From Narcine bancroftii (lineage: Eukaryota), in contig NC_091473.1 in assembly GCF_036971445.1 (NCBI RefSeq), positions 206,708,001-206,772,000 on the forward strand: 64,000 bases of DNA, read 5' to 3'. Position 1 is the stretch's first letter; every line of letters begins with the position of its first letter. The position numbers and the translations under genes were made by a program. The notes under the pieces were generated by a model. It searched no databases, was not told the DNA's origin, and was given only the letters and a program-made list of their open reading frames with translations. Shown piece by piece: positions 52,613 through 64,000 of the stretch.

Positions 52613-54404
52613 ATGTTTAACCAAAAGAAAGAGGTGAGCCCTGAGCAGTTTTTGATTCCGGGATGGACTTACAAAGATGATGGATTTGGCATGCTGGCTA
52701 ATACCCTGTCTTGTTGGGAACACCCATCAGTTGGGATAAAAGGTTAGATCCCTTAAGTGCGCCTCTGGGAGAGCGGGTTGCCACTCTCCTTCGAGAAAGT
52801 AAGTTTCAAAAAAAAGGGGGATGCTGACGGATGGTTTTTGACTGCTGGCCACAGCCTTATGCCGCACGGTTCAGCGTGAAGTAGAATTAGTTCAGCAGCA
52901 AGTGGAGTCTGAACGTAAGAGAAAACAACTAGAGGAGGAAGTAGAGACTATGCGACAACGCTGCTCGATGATGAGCGAAATTGTTAGCACCAGTCAGGAC
53001 CGAGCCAAAAAATGGGAGGATAAGCATATTCAAACGATCTGCCATAATATTAAACTCCGGCAGCAGCTCTGTGTGAATAAGGAAAAGCAAGGAATAGAAC
53101 CTGATCCACATCGTATTCGTCCCGTGATAAGGAATGGCGACGTTCCTGATGTAATTGATGATTGAGACGGGAATATCTGGTATGATGATAATGGTAATAA
53201 TGCAGATACCCCTCGGCATGTGCCTGACATACTCCCCTCTCCCTCCGCTGTTCAAGCCCACCCCGTAAGGCAGCGGACTTCCCAAGCAGACGAAGGCGAA
53301 AGGGGGGATGATGTAAGTGTAGAAACTGAAGAAACAGGTGTTCCGATCTCCCAAGCGGATCCAGGGGAAGGCTCCCAAACCCCTATTTATGCTCGGTGGG
53401 ATCCCCCCTCAACGGGATGGCCTCAGCAGCCTCCCGTCCATTGGGTAGAGGGCCCTATGGGCCAGAGTGGGAACAGGGGTCGGGAACAGTTAACAAAAAT
53501 ACGTGACTTCACTATAAAAGAGCTGGCAGCCTTGGAGATCGATTTAGGCAAACGACAGGAGAAACTTTGGCGGCCTGGCTCCTGCGTGTTTGGGAGCAAG
53601 GGAGAGGTAGCATATGCCTGACCTCTGAGGAATTGTTGGGATTAGGATCATTAACTACTGATATTCGAGTCACTGCCGAATTACATGGCAGAAGGAGAGA
53701 TGTAGACTATTTGCTTGCTACCCTAGGAGAAGCCTTGTTACGGGTGTATCCGTCACCAATAGATTGGGATTTGCATTTGCAGAACAATTGGGGCGCACCA
53801 GAGGAGGGTATAGCAGAGATTCGCCAACAGGTCGTGGCCTCTGCTTTGTATGCGGGGTGCCTGAGGCTGTGGATACATGGGGGGAGCTCCGATGAAGAAT
53901 TATTCACATCCAGAATGCATACCCGATTGGTTCGTTCAGCCCAACCTACTGTACGGGGACTGGTCCTGTCTGTAACTAGTCTGCTAATAGGGCACCTCGT
54001 GTCTGAAGCAGTGCATGCCCTATCTGGACTCCAAAAATTGGAGTTGGGAAGTACAATCCACTCACGTACAACCCAGGTTAAATCAGACAGACAGGATTAA
54101 AGGAGAGGGGCTGCTGCTAATAACGGACTGACCAGAAAGGACCTTTTTCTAACTTTGTTAAAGTTAGGGGTACTTAAAAGTGCTATTGATGGAAAACCTA
54201 CTACGGCCCTATATGCCCTTTATAAGAGGAAGGCAGGGGAACATCATCCCCAGCTGCAGGGTCCTCCTGGCCCAGCTGTGCCTTCTGCTCCCACCGCTGC
54301 TCCTATCGAGCCAGCTTCTCCTGGTGCAACAATGGGTTAAACAGGCTCTTAAGGTTAACAATAGCATGTGGTCCTGAAAGCCCCCAAACCCTTCTGAAGC
54401 CTGA
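52613..54404 (+). pseudogene. gag: ERV gag, frameshifted
   Basis: ATG 52613 MFNQKK...IPGWTY; coiled-coil segment; AAWLLRVWEQGRGSICLTSEELLGLGSL; LGVLKSAIDGKPTTALYALYKRK, matching recalled ERV-L/ERV-S Gag motifs. 3' boundary uncertain. Confidence 0.8.
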
Positions 54405-54935
54405 AGATGTGGGCAGGATTCCCGTGTCTACTCCATCGAGACACGGCGCACACACGGGGATCCGCGGCCCTACATACCGTTAACAATCCACTGGGGTAGG
54501 GGTAATAATCACCAATACTTGGCTTCGGTCGACACCGGTGCAGAGCATTCGGTGATTCCTGGTAACCCCGACCTCTGGAACGGACCCACATTTCGAATAG
54601 AAGGGATGGGAGGGGCGATCACCCTGGTGAAGGAAATAAAAGTCCGCGCCACGGTGGATGATGGTCCTTCCCCAATATGGTTACATGCATTGGTAGCTGC
54701 CACTGACGAGTGTATCCTGGGTATTAATATGTTGGCCAGTACAGCCCTTAATATGAGCCAAGTGGGGTTTGCATTGGGAATTCGGACTATTACATAAAGT
54801 TTAGTGGTGGGTCAGGCCAAGTGGGATCCCGTGGTGGTGTCACACACCCCCCCACCCCCAAAACCTGTATGCATTCCACAATATCGCCTCCCTGGAGGGC
54901 AGGGGGAGATTACTGCCACCATTGATGCTTTGAAA
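54405..54935 (+). pseudogene. pro-pol: ERV protease plus first residues of RT, truncated by deletion
   Basis: GDPRPYIPLTIHWGRGN...VDTGAEHSVIPGNP...ECILGI; VGQAKWDP...QYRLPGGQGEITATIDALKE. Confidence 0.88.
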
Positions 54936-55750
54936 GAATTCAACTGTGAGGCCCAGGGAAAGCAATTGTCAAATGCGACACACTGAAATTGACGAATTAG
55001 TCACAACCTGTCTTGCTCGAGAAGTTTTAATAAGTCTTTGTATCTAAGAGATAAACCAGGAGATCATAGCATCCTGGTTCCATAATAATTAATCTTCTAA
55101 ATTGTAGAACAGTATGTTCAGCTTTGATTTTGACTGAAAAATGTTAGAGGGAGTGGGCGCATGATTAATTGTTCTTTCCTAAATGTAGGATAGCATGGCA
55201 TTGCAAAGCCTGAGAAGTTTCAATAGGTCTTTGTATCTACGAGATAAACCAGGAGATCATGGCATCCTGGTTCCATAATAATTAATCTTCTAAATTGTCG
55301 AACAGTATGTTCAGCTTTGATTTTGACTGACAAATGTTAGACGGAGTGGGCACATGATTAATTGTTTTTGGGGTATATAAGCCTGTGGTCCTGCTGCTGA
55401 AGTTTAGACACTCCGAGGGGTGGGAAAACCCTTTGTCAAGAATGAAGAACAGCCAGAGTCCGAGCAACGTCCCGGTCGGGGGAGGTGAAGAAGCTGCTAC
55501 CGGCACCCTGGCAATCTACTATAAGTGTGCCGTCCTTGCCTCGCTTTGGCAGTTGGGACCAGTCCAGGCATTGTTAAGTATGATTAGGGAGGGCTTGCAT
55601 ATTGTAGTTTGAAATCTGCTTAAGACTTTGTAATAAAGATTTGTGTAAACTGAAGTGCTCTCGGTGTGTGTGTGTGTTTTCTTTCGGTAGCTCAAACACT
55701 GCGACCAATCTTAAACGAACAAAGTGAGAGGTACAAGTTTACCCTGAACA
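54928..55750 (+). repeat. ERV 3' LTR lacking its first ~143 nt, with two 155-bp U3 repeats
   Basis: Matches the 5' LTR from 50969 on; repeats 55019-55173 and 55212-55366; TATA 55374; ends GAACA. Confidence 0.92.
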
Positions 55751-55994
55751 ACTCCCCAACTAAACGAACTTACCATTGACTGCCACAATTTCCATTAAAC
55801 CCCTCCTGGAATCTTCTTATTTTACTGTTCTTGTTGTCTATTTTACTCCAGTTCCACGGCTATTTGCGGCAATCCCCCCCCCCCACCCCCTTTTCGGCTC
55901 ATTTTATTTTTATCTTCTGCCTTCCCACTTCTACCCACCTATGGCCATTTACCTGTTGTCGTGTGCTCATTCTCCTGTCCCTTCATGTATGTTC

Positions 55995-56622
55995 ACACAG
56001 GTTTTTATAAAACGTAGTGTGCACAGGCCCCCGTTGCAGAGACCCTATGATGGGGCTGCACCGCGTTGTCCAGCACATTGCTTAAACCTATGTAATTAAT
56101 ATCGGCGGCCGAGAGGAGACCTTTACCGTGGGCAGGTTCAAATCAGCCTATTTGGACATTACACAGCAGATCGACCACCCTCCACAACCTCCTCCCCTCA
56201 CCCCCCACCCCCCGCACCCCCCGCAGAAGAGGCCATCCTCCCGGTTCTGGGGGTAGTGCCCTTTGCAGCTCCCGCACTGGGCCTCACAAAATGAAGGACT
56301 AATGGAATGATCCAGCAGGCTGCACTAGGCCCACAACACTGCCTTCCAATTGGCCACAACCAAAACAACTTAATTGGCCTATCAAGGAAAGCAGATCACA
56401 AACACACCAATCAGTGCTGAGAGGGTTCTTTACCACACTCCTCAGGTTGAGAATAAAAGCAGGGCAGTGGGCCCAATAAAGCCCAGTGTTAACTACACTC
56501 AATTGGGATTTGTGTAGTTCTTTCTGGGAACAGCGTCTTCTTTCTGAACTGATCTGCACGCAACTTTAACCATTCCTGTACTATAGGCTCCGCAGAGCCA
56601 TAGCTTGTTGCAGCTAGCTACA
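55995..56622 (+). mobile_element. Gypsy 3' end: integrase tail, PPT and 3' LTR
   Basis: VFIKRSVHRPPLQRPYDG...GGREETFTVGRFKSAYLD; G-rich ggttctgggggt; LTR ~56253-56622 with AATAAA, ending CTACA. Confidence 0.75.
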
Positions 56623-57018
56623 ATAATTCACATTTTTGTAGAATTATATACTGTGAATCTTGCATATTATTGACGTGATTCATATTCTGTATTGCATTAT
56701 ACAAAAGCTATTTATTAATCAATATATAAAAATACATATATGTAATATGTCTCTAATAAACTAATAAAAATATTTTAAAAAGAATAGGAGATCCGCAGCA
56801 ATAACACAATATTCACCAACGTTGAAGTTAATTGAAAGAAATATTCCAAAATTTAATTGCTTTTTCAACAATAGTTTAATTTATCCGAAACTTTACTCTT
56901 TCCGACAGAACCTAAACAAAGTCCCAAATTTTTGAGGTAGCCTCAACAGCACCAGGTGAAATTATGATGATTTTATGACAGGGGCATGCAATGTTATTTG
57001 TTTTTCAATATATGAAGG

Positions 57019-58545
57019 TGTAACAGGTACACAGCACGGTATTGCGAACTGTCACCATCAGTTCACAGACTTACCTGACACATCGCAGGCTAGCATTGCT
57101 GGGCGCCAACGTACAGTGAGTGGATCAGATAAAGCCCATGCTTAAAGGCACTAATGGCTCATAGCTTTAACCTGCTGGTCCACATTCACTAATGAGCTCA
57201 ATAACAGGCAGGGAATAAAAGGTCTGTGTATGTCTGCAATAAACCAGTCCTGAGTTGACTACCTTTGTGTGTGTTTGCCTTTATTTAGTAGCATCTACCA
57301 TAGTTGCCGCTACAAATTGGTGACCCCGAAGTTATGATTCAACGAATTTGAATCATTATGGAAAAGGAAGAAATCCCAACAGCAGCAACAACTGCCACCG
57401 CCATGGCAGTTAATGTAGTTGGACACATCAGCCTCGAATTTGGTTTCTTCAAGCCGAAACCCTGTTTCAGCTTCAGGGTATAATGGCCGAGGACACAAAA
57501 TATTTGAATGTCATGAGTACATTGGATGTGGCCACTGCATCACGAATAAGCAAATTTATTCTTCATCCTCCGGCAGATGACCAGTACACCACGTTCCGCC
57601 AGTTTCTTCTTGACACATTGGTACTAGGCATGGGTGTAGCATGCGTCTTTTGAACATGGAAGACCTATGTGACAAGATGAATGAGATGCCGGCAGTGTCA
57701 GATGGTCATTCCCTTTGTCTGCTTTTTGAAACCTTATTTCTGTCAAAACTTCCAGCTCAAGTTGCCATACCAATTGGTAACATGGATTTCCGCCGACTCC
57801 ATGACGTGGCTCAAAAGGCTGACAGGCTCTATCGTACTCCTACACATGAGTCTGCCCGAATAAATCCAGGTTTTGCAGAAAAAGCATCTCCCGCATCCTA
57901 CCAGCTTCCTGTATCTGCAGTCCAATCCATGGAATAGGAACGTGCAGATGTACATTGAGAGTGGTGTTTGTACCATCGCCACTGGGGATGGAATGTACAT
58001 AAATGCGTCCAGCCAAGCACCTACTGCAAAAGGAAGTCGGGAAATGAGAGAGCCGACTCCCAGTAGTGGCCTCGGCACCTAGTGTACATACAGGCCTATT
58101 GTATCTTCAGGACGATGCGGGTAAACGCAAATTCTTTGTAGACACAGGTGATTAACTTAATTTGCTCCTTGTGAACTATTTTGAAAGGATGCATAAAAAA
58201 TGTCACTTGATCCTGAGCAGAAAATAAAACTGTCATTCCAAATTTCGGCACTAGACTAGTCGCAATTCGAATAGGTGGAACCACGTTGCATTGAAATTGT
58301 GTCCTTACTTCTGTCGCTCAACCCAGTTTGGGTGTGGATTTTTTACGTTTCCATGACTTATTAGTTGATGTGAAATGCAGAAAATTAGTTCATGCCAACA
58401 CCTTTCAAACATATCCACAGCCATGTATCAAGGGGAGAATTTCAAGCTCGGAGTACATACGTAACCATATAACCATATAACCATACGTAAGGACACATTT
58501 ACTGATCCACTCAATGAATTTCCCCATATTCTCACCCCTAACTTA
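57019..58545 (+). mobile_element. Gypsy 5' part: LTR 57019-57314, PBS-Trp, gag and protease relic
   Basis: TGTAAC...GCTACA; PBS TGGTGACCCCGAAGTTAT 57318-57335 (16/18 to recalled tRNA-Trp); WTHQPRIWFLQAETLF; CLYHRHWG..VHKCVQP; FFVDTG. Confidence 0.85.
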
Positions 58546-58877
58546 TTTTTTTATCAAATTTATTAAAAGATAGAAAAAGCATAACTTACAGTCTAGCAAT
58601 CATCAAAATTGATTTTACAAAGATATATATATATATATATAACAAGAAACAAAACTAAAAAAAAGAAAAAGATTATAAAAAACCCAAATTCACCCTCCCA
58701 CCCCTTCAGCCAGCTCTCTTAAGGGGAGCCAAAAATGTGAATTATATATAAAACTATTATAAATGTTAAAAACAATTCAAAGTATATCTAAATGCATATA
58801 TTCCAAATACGGAGACCATTCGCTAACAAAAAAAGAATGATTATCATGTAAATTAAAGGTAATTTTTTTCCATAAAT

Positions 58878-59367
58878 AGAGAGAGTGCAGAGAAGGTTCA
58901 CGAGAATGTTGACAGGATTTCAGGGTCTGAGTTACAGGGAAAGGTTGTGCAGACTGGGGCTTTTTTCTCTGGAGCGTAGAAGATTGAGAGGGGACTTGAT
59001 AGAGGTGTTTAAGATTTTAAAAGGGACAGACAGAGTAAATGTGGATAGGCTTTTTCAATTAAGAAAGGGGGAGATTCAAACTAGAGGACATGGTTTAAGA
59101 TTGAAGGGGGAAATTATAAGGGGAACATGAGGGGAAATTTCTTTACGCAGAGGATGGTGGGGATGTGGAATGAGCTTCCGGCAGACGTGGTCGAGGCGGG
59201 ATCATTGGTTACATTTAAGGAAAGACTGGATCGTTACATGGATAGGAGGGGACTAGAGGGGTATGGACCAGGTGCTGGTCAGTGGGACTAGGAGGGTGGG
59301 GATTTGCTACGGCATGGACTAGTAGGGCCGAACTGGCCTGTTCTGTGCTGTAAGTGGTTATATGGTT
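58878..59367 (+). mobile_element. CR1 3' fragment with TGGTTATA-type tail, nested in L1
   Basis: QRRFTRML...LERRRLRGDLIEVFKIL; the L1 sequence ccataacaatac rejoins across it. Confidence 0.92.
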
Positions 59368-59593
59368 AACAATACATTTTCCAATCATTATGCCAAAGTA
59401 GTATATTAATCTCTGTATTGTCTTTCCAAGTACCTCCACATCAAACGTACAAAAGCAATTTGAATTTTATCCAAACCCAATCCCCTCCACGAAATCAAAT
59501 TACCCACAAGATAATCGTTGGGTCTAATGGTAATGTAAAGTTATACAATTTTTCCAAAACTACTTTAATTCCTTGCCAGAATGGTTTAACTTT

Positions 59594-61587
59594 TATTTTA
59601 AACTTTATTTAAAATGTTATGACTTGAATAAAAAAATAAGATAATAAAAATTAGGATACTACATCATTAAACTACACAAATTAAGCCCCCCCAATAATTA
59701 TAACACAACATTAATCGTCTAATTTAACATTAGTCCAACCTTCCCCCCCAAAATAAAGAGTGAAGAATTAATTAACAATGTTGTCAATAAAATAGAAAAA
59801 ACCCCACTTACAAAAAAAGGATAAAACTTAACAACAAAATAAAATTACTAACAACAAAAAAAATCAATACTAAAATAATACCCTTAAAAATATATTTAAA
59901 TCAAACATAATACATCTATTTAACAAATGAAATCCACTTTAAAACTAAGTTCAAATATTAAAATCATATATCAACCACAAAAAATACAAAAAATCATAAT
60001 TAATAATACATAAATACAGAATTTCCATTAATACCAAGTTTCCTTTATAATTCATCGAGAGAACAAAAACATCCCTTAGAACAACAATCAGATAAACTTT
60101 TTATTCCCTTCTCCTCCCCTTATATAAAAAAAGACAAAAAAGAAAAAAAAGTTCAAACTCTTATAAAAATCTCCATATCATCTTCAAAATTCTCTATCGA
60201 AATTAACTTAATTTTATTAAACTCTTCTCCATCAATGTATTTGTACTTGATTTTCTTCTTTTTTCTTCTTATCACCTTTCCCCTCATCTTCCACTTCATC
60301 TAATTCAACGTCCTCAATTTTTGACTTATTATCTTCTGTGACATCATCCTCTTAAAAAAGAGAGAAAAAAGAGAAAAAAAACCCAAAAAAAGAGAAAAAA
60401 GGAGAGAAAAAAACCTCCTAATTCCCTCTCAATTACAATCAGAAAACAAAAAGAGTTAAAAAAAAAATTATTTATTTTTAAACATTTTTTTAAAAACCTT
60501 CACATCTTAACCCAAAAATTAAAAAGAAAAAAAATCAGGTCGGAAGTCACGACTACCTCCTCCTGTTTAAGCCGCCCAAAGCGGTAACTCCCCCAAAATA
60601 TTGGGTGTGAGATAACTCACAGGTTGCTGATGACTTCTGGAAACTGCCCACCCAGTTCCCTCTCCCAACTCCCATTTCATTAAACTATCATCATTATTTA
60701 AACTATTTAAGCTCTTCTCAAAAAAAAAGATAAAAGGTTTATTTTTTTAAATTAACGTTACCACTTTGGTCACCATTGCTTCCATTTATATTAAAAATCT
60801 GGATCCCACCTTACATCTCTACTCTCTTTGGAGACCTTAAAGGACTACATAGTTCCTGAAACTGCATGATTGGTAGAGACTGAGCAAAGTCCATAACCTC
60901 TTTAGGATTGTCAACGAACTTTGGCTGATTTCCATCCTGAAAAATCTTCAGTACCGCAGAATACCTGAATGTTGCCTTATGTCTTTTTTTCCACAACCGT
61001 TCTTTCACAGAATTAAATCACGTCATTGAAACATAATTTCTTGACTCAAATCTTGAATCATTTTCACTGAATCGATGTCTGGAAAAACCGTTGTAATTGA
61101 AGATGCATTTTGCAGCGCCATCACTGTAGCAGTCGCATGACAGCTCTTTAACTCTCCAGCTGGTGGCGCCCCAGCTGATTCAACTGTCAACCTCTAAGTA
61201 ACAGCACTCACAGTGGCCGTTGTGTGAAATACTGGCACCCGGCCAGCCCTTTGTTCTGAAAGCTGCTGAATGCGACCTGCAGAGAGCCTTACCGGTATAA
61301 AACGGAGTTTCAATGCCGAATTCTGAATGTCTTCTTCTGGATCCATTCTACGCTGAGTCCTGGCTTCTTGTAAACAAGCAGGCCCAGACAATTTCGGAAA
61401 ATGTAGTTTTTTAACAGTCTGTTGATGTTTTCTTTTACCTTTTTTTTTTGCATATAAACCACTAGGCACTGATCCAGCACCTCTTATTATTTATAAACTT
61501 TTAAAAGAACTTTTGCGGGCACTTAAAGACAAAACAATAAATCAGAGTCAGGAGAGATCTGGAAGGCACACCATCTTGCCATGCCCC
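59594..61587 (-). mobile_element. Non-autonomous ORF2-less L1 derivative (HAL1-like), 18-bp TSD
   Basis: TSD CCAGAATGGTTTAACTTT at 59576-59593 and 61588-61605; 5' end GGGGCATGGCAAGATGGTG; ORF1 N- and C-terminal pieces; AATAAA and A-rich end. Confidence 0.8.
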
Positions 61588-63051
61588 CCAGAATGGTTTA
61601 ACTTTAACACAAGTCCAAACTGCGTGTAAAAGTGTTCCAATGCATGAATCACATCTAAAACATGCGTCTGAATTACTAAACCCATATTTTTTTCAGTTTC
61701 TCCGGAGTCAAATATAATTGTTGCAAAAAATTATAATTAACCATTCCATATCTTATTATTAGTAAATTTGATTTCATTATCCTGAAACATATCCACCCAA
61801 TCATCATTAGGAAAAATAAACACTAAATCACTCTCCAATTTAAGTTTAGATTTTTTCCAATCCGGTTTATCCTTATTATCTTGTAACAAATTATACATAA
61901 CCGAAATATAACCCTTCTTTGGTACAGAGGAAATCAAAGACTCAAATCTCGACAAACTAGGTAAATTGATCTCTCTGCCATAATTATCCTTTATCAAGGC
62001 TCTAAGTTGGTAATACACAAACAAAGAATTTACAGATATACCAAATCTCTCTCAATTGATTTAAAGAAAGAAATTGTCCCTTTTCAAAACAATCCTGTAT
62101 TGTCCTTATACCCTTAAAATCCCAAAACTTTAAACAACTATTAAGCATAGAAAAAGAAATAAGATGATTATTATACATTGCAGTTAAAATTGATTATTTA
62201 TCTTTTTATCCCAATACCCTATTTTTTAATCTAGTTCTTTAACAAATGTTTCAAAACTGGCATGGTATATTCCTGTAACAATTTCAAGGTCCAACGAAAT
62301 ATAAATGTATGTACCTCGACCTGAGAAATACACGCCATTTCCACCTTATCCCAGATGGATCTAGATCCATCAACCTATTAATAAACTTCAACTGGCCCAC
62401 TTTATAATAATTTTGAAAATGTAGTTACTGAAGTCCACCTAACGCATATTTCCATGTAATCCCACTCGAGATAATTTACCTTTCCATAAAAACTCCCGCA
62501 CTACATTATTTAAATCCTGAAAAGAACTTTGGAAAGTAAACAAGGTTTTGACTGAAATAAATAATGAATTCTGGGAAACATATTAATTTTAATACAATTG
62601 ACCCTACCAATCGAAGTTAAATGGAAGTTCTTTGCATTTAGTCAAATCTTTTTTAATCCGTTTTAATATAGGAACATAATTTAACTGATACAATGACTGA
62701 TAATTAACGTCTAAAGACACACCTAAATATTGAATTTTATTTGTCGACCTTAATTTTGGAATAATTTTCAATTCTGAATAATCTCCTATTTCAACTGGTA
62801 AAATTTCACTTTTATCCCAATTAACTTTATATCCTGTCAATTCTTCAAATTTCAACAAACACTCTTGCAACTGCTTCAATTACCATTCTGGTTCCGTCAA
62901 ATTTATCAATACATCATCTGCAAACAAAGTAACCTTATATTCTTCATTCATAACCTTCATCCCTTTAATTTCATTATTTTGTCTAATAGTTTCACCTAAT
63001 GGTTCGATAGCCAACGCAAATAAAGCTGATTACGATGGACAGTCCTGCCGA

Positions 63052-63606
63052 GAGTATTGTGTACAGTTTTGGTCACCTTATCTAAGGAAGGATGTTCTTT
63101 CAATGGAAGGAGTGCAGAGGCGATTCACCAGGCTGATACCTGGAATGGCAGGAATGACTTATGAGGAAAGATTGTGCAAATTGGGATTGTACTCCCTGGA
63201 GTTTAGAAGATTGAGAGGGGATCTCATAGAGACATATAAAATTCTGGCAGGACTGGACAGAATGGGTGCAGATGGGATGTTTCCAATGATGGGAAAATCC
63301 AGAACCCGGGGCCATGGTTTTAGGATAATAGGCAAACCATTTTGGACCGAGATGAGGAGGAATTACTTTACCCAGAGGGTGGTGAATCTGTGGAATTCAT
63401 TGCCACAGAGGGCAGTAGAGGCAGGTTCATTAAATATATTTAAGAGGGAATTAGATATATTTCTTCAGTATAAGGGTATTAAAGGTTATGGAGAGAAGGC
63501 GGGGACGGGGTACTGAACTTTAAGATCAGCCATGATCTCGTTGAATGGCGGAGCAGGCTCGAAGAGTCAAATGACCTATTCCTGCTCCTATCCTCAATGC
63601 TTCTAT
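63052..63606 (+). mobile_element. CR1 3' fragment nested in L1 RT; same subfamily as 3838-5976
   Basis: ~96% identical to 5430-5975; L1 codons SR|QDCP rejoin across it with a GAG(A) duplication or microhomology. Confidence 0.95.
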
Positions 63607-64000
63607 GAGATGAATGAGTCAACCTAAATGGTAAAGAAATCTGACAATTTGTCACCATCCTAGCAATCGGGTTCATATATAAAGCATTAACCCAACCAAT
63701 AAAAAAGGCCAAATTTAAAATTTTCTAACACCTTAAATAAAAAATCCCACTCAACCCTATCAAAAGCCTTTTCTGCCTTTACTGCAACCACCATAGGATG
63801 GTTTGGCTGCTTTCGGTATGCATTGGCCAAAGTAATTAATCGAAGAATATTATCTGATGCATTTCTGTTCTTAATAAAACTTGTTTGATCAGTATGTATC
63901 AATTTAGGTAAGTACGTAGCAAGTCTGTTAGATAATATCTTGGCTATAATTTTATAATCTACATTTAATAACGAAATAGGTTCATATGAAGACACTTTTA

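Larger units (their letters stand above)
50826..55750 (+). mobile_element. Class III (ERV-S/ERV-L-like) endogenous retrovirus, internally deleted provirus
   Basis: TG at 50826 and CA at 55750; TSD ACTCT/ACTCC; PBS-Ser; gag, pro and RT N-terminus with class III motifs. Confidence 0.9.
58545..64000 (-). mobile_element. L1/Tx1-clade LINE ORF2 and 3' end, carrying three nested insertions and continuing beyond the window
   Basis: YEPISLLNVDYKIIAKILSNRL, AEKAFDRVEW, RQDCP, LFADD, GYKVNWDKSE; AATAAA and A-tail near 58550. Confidence 0.92.

Noticed and set aside
54375-54404. Gag-pro TGA read-through site
   Set aside because: TGA 54402 is in frame with pro, but nearby stops and frameshifts leave the gag frame unresolved in this copy.
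51231-55612. Paired 75-aa ORFs (51231-51458 and 55385-55612) as a conserved accessory gene
   Set aside because: Non-ATG starts just after TATA; their similarity simply reflects LTR identity.
1308-61215. Other CACAGTG/CACTGTG heptamers (~1308, 6284, 16604, 49307, 50986, 52530, 61209) as D/J RSSs
   Set aside because: Those checked (~1308, 6284, 49307) lack a nonamer at 12 or 23 bp; the others lie inside TEs. No FGxG J motif was seen.
1-64000. CRISPR arrays, rRNA/tRNA genes or prokaryotic systems
   Set aside because: None seen; tRNA-related sequence is limited to two retroelement PBSs.

Overview
Repeat-rich vertebrate DNA, inferred to be cartilaginous fish from its CR1/RTE/L1-Tx1/Rex/Penelope repeat mix and V-gene style. 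It is part of a T-cell receptor alpha/delta V cluster. The only host genes I can support are two apparently intact + strand TRAV/TRDV-type segments (ATG at 30319 and 40945), each with leader exon, ~100-nt intron, V exon and 3' RSS. They lie in a head-to-tail ~11-kb tandem duplication (about 20387-31601 and 31598-42221) with a resolvable junction, and an ~800-bp tract over the V genes looks homogenised. The rest is mostly nested retroelements. The notable ones are a deleted class III (ERV-S/ERV-L-like) provirus with tRNA-Ser PBS and 5-bp TSD (50826-55750), a 2-kb ORF2-less HAL1-like L1 derivative with an 18-bp TSD (59594-61587), and an RTE LINE with a twin-priming-type 5' inversion (16460-18075). 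Gypsy, BEL, CR1, L1 and Rex relics and three N gaps fill most of the remainder. Identities are hand estimates and family calls rest on recalled motifs, not database searches.
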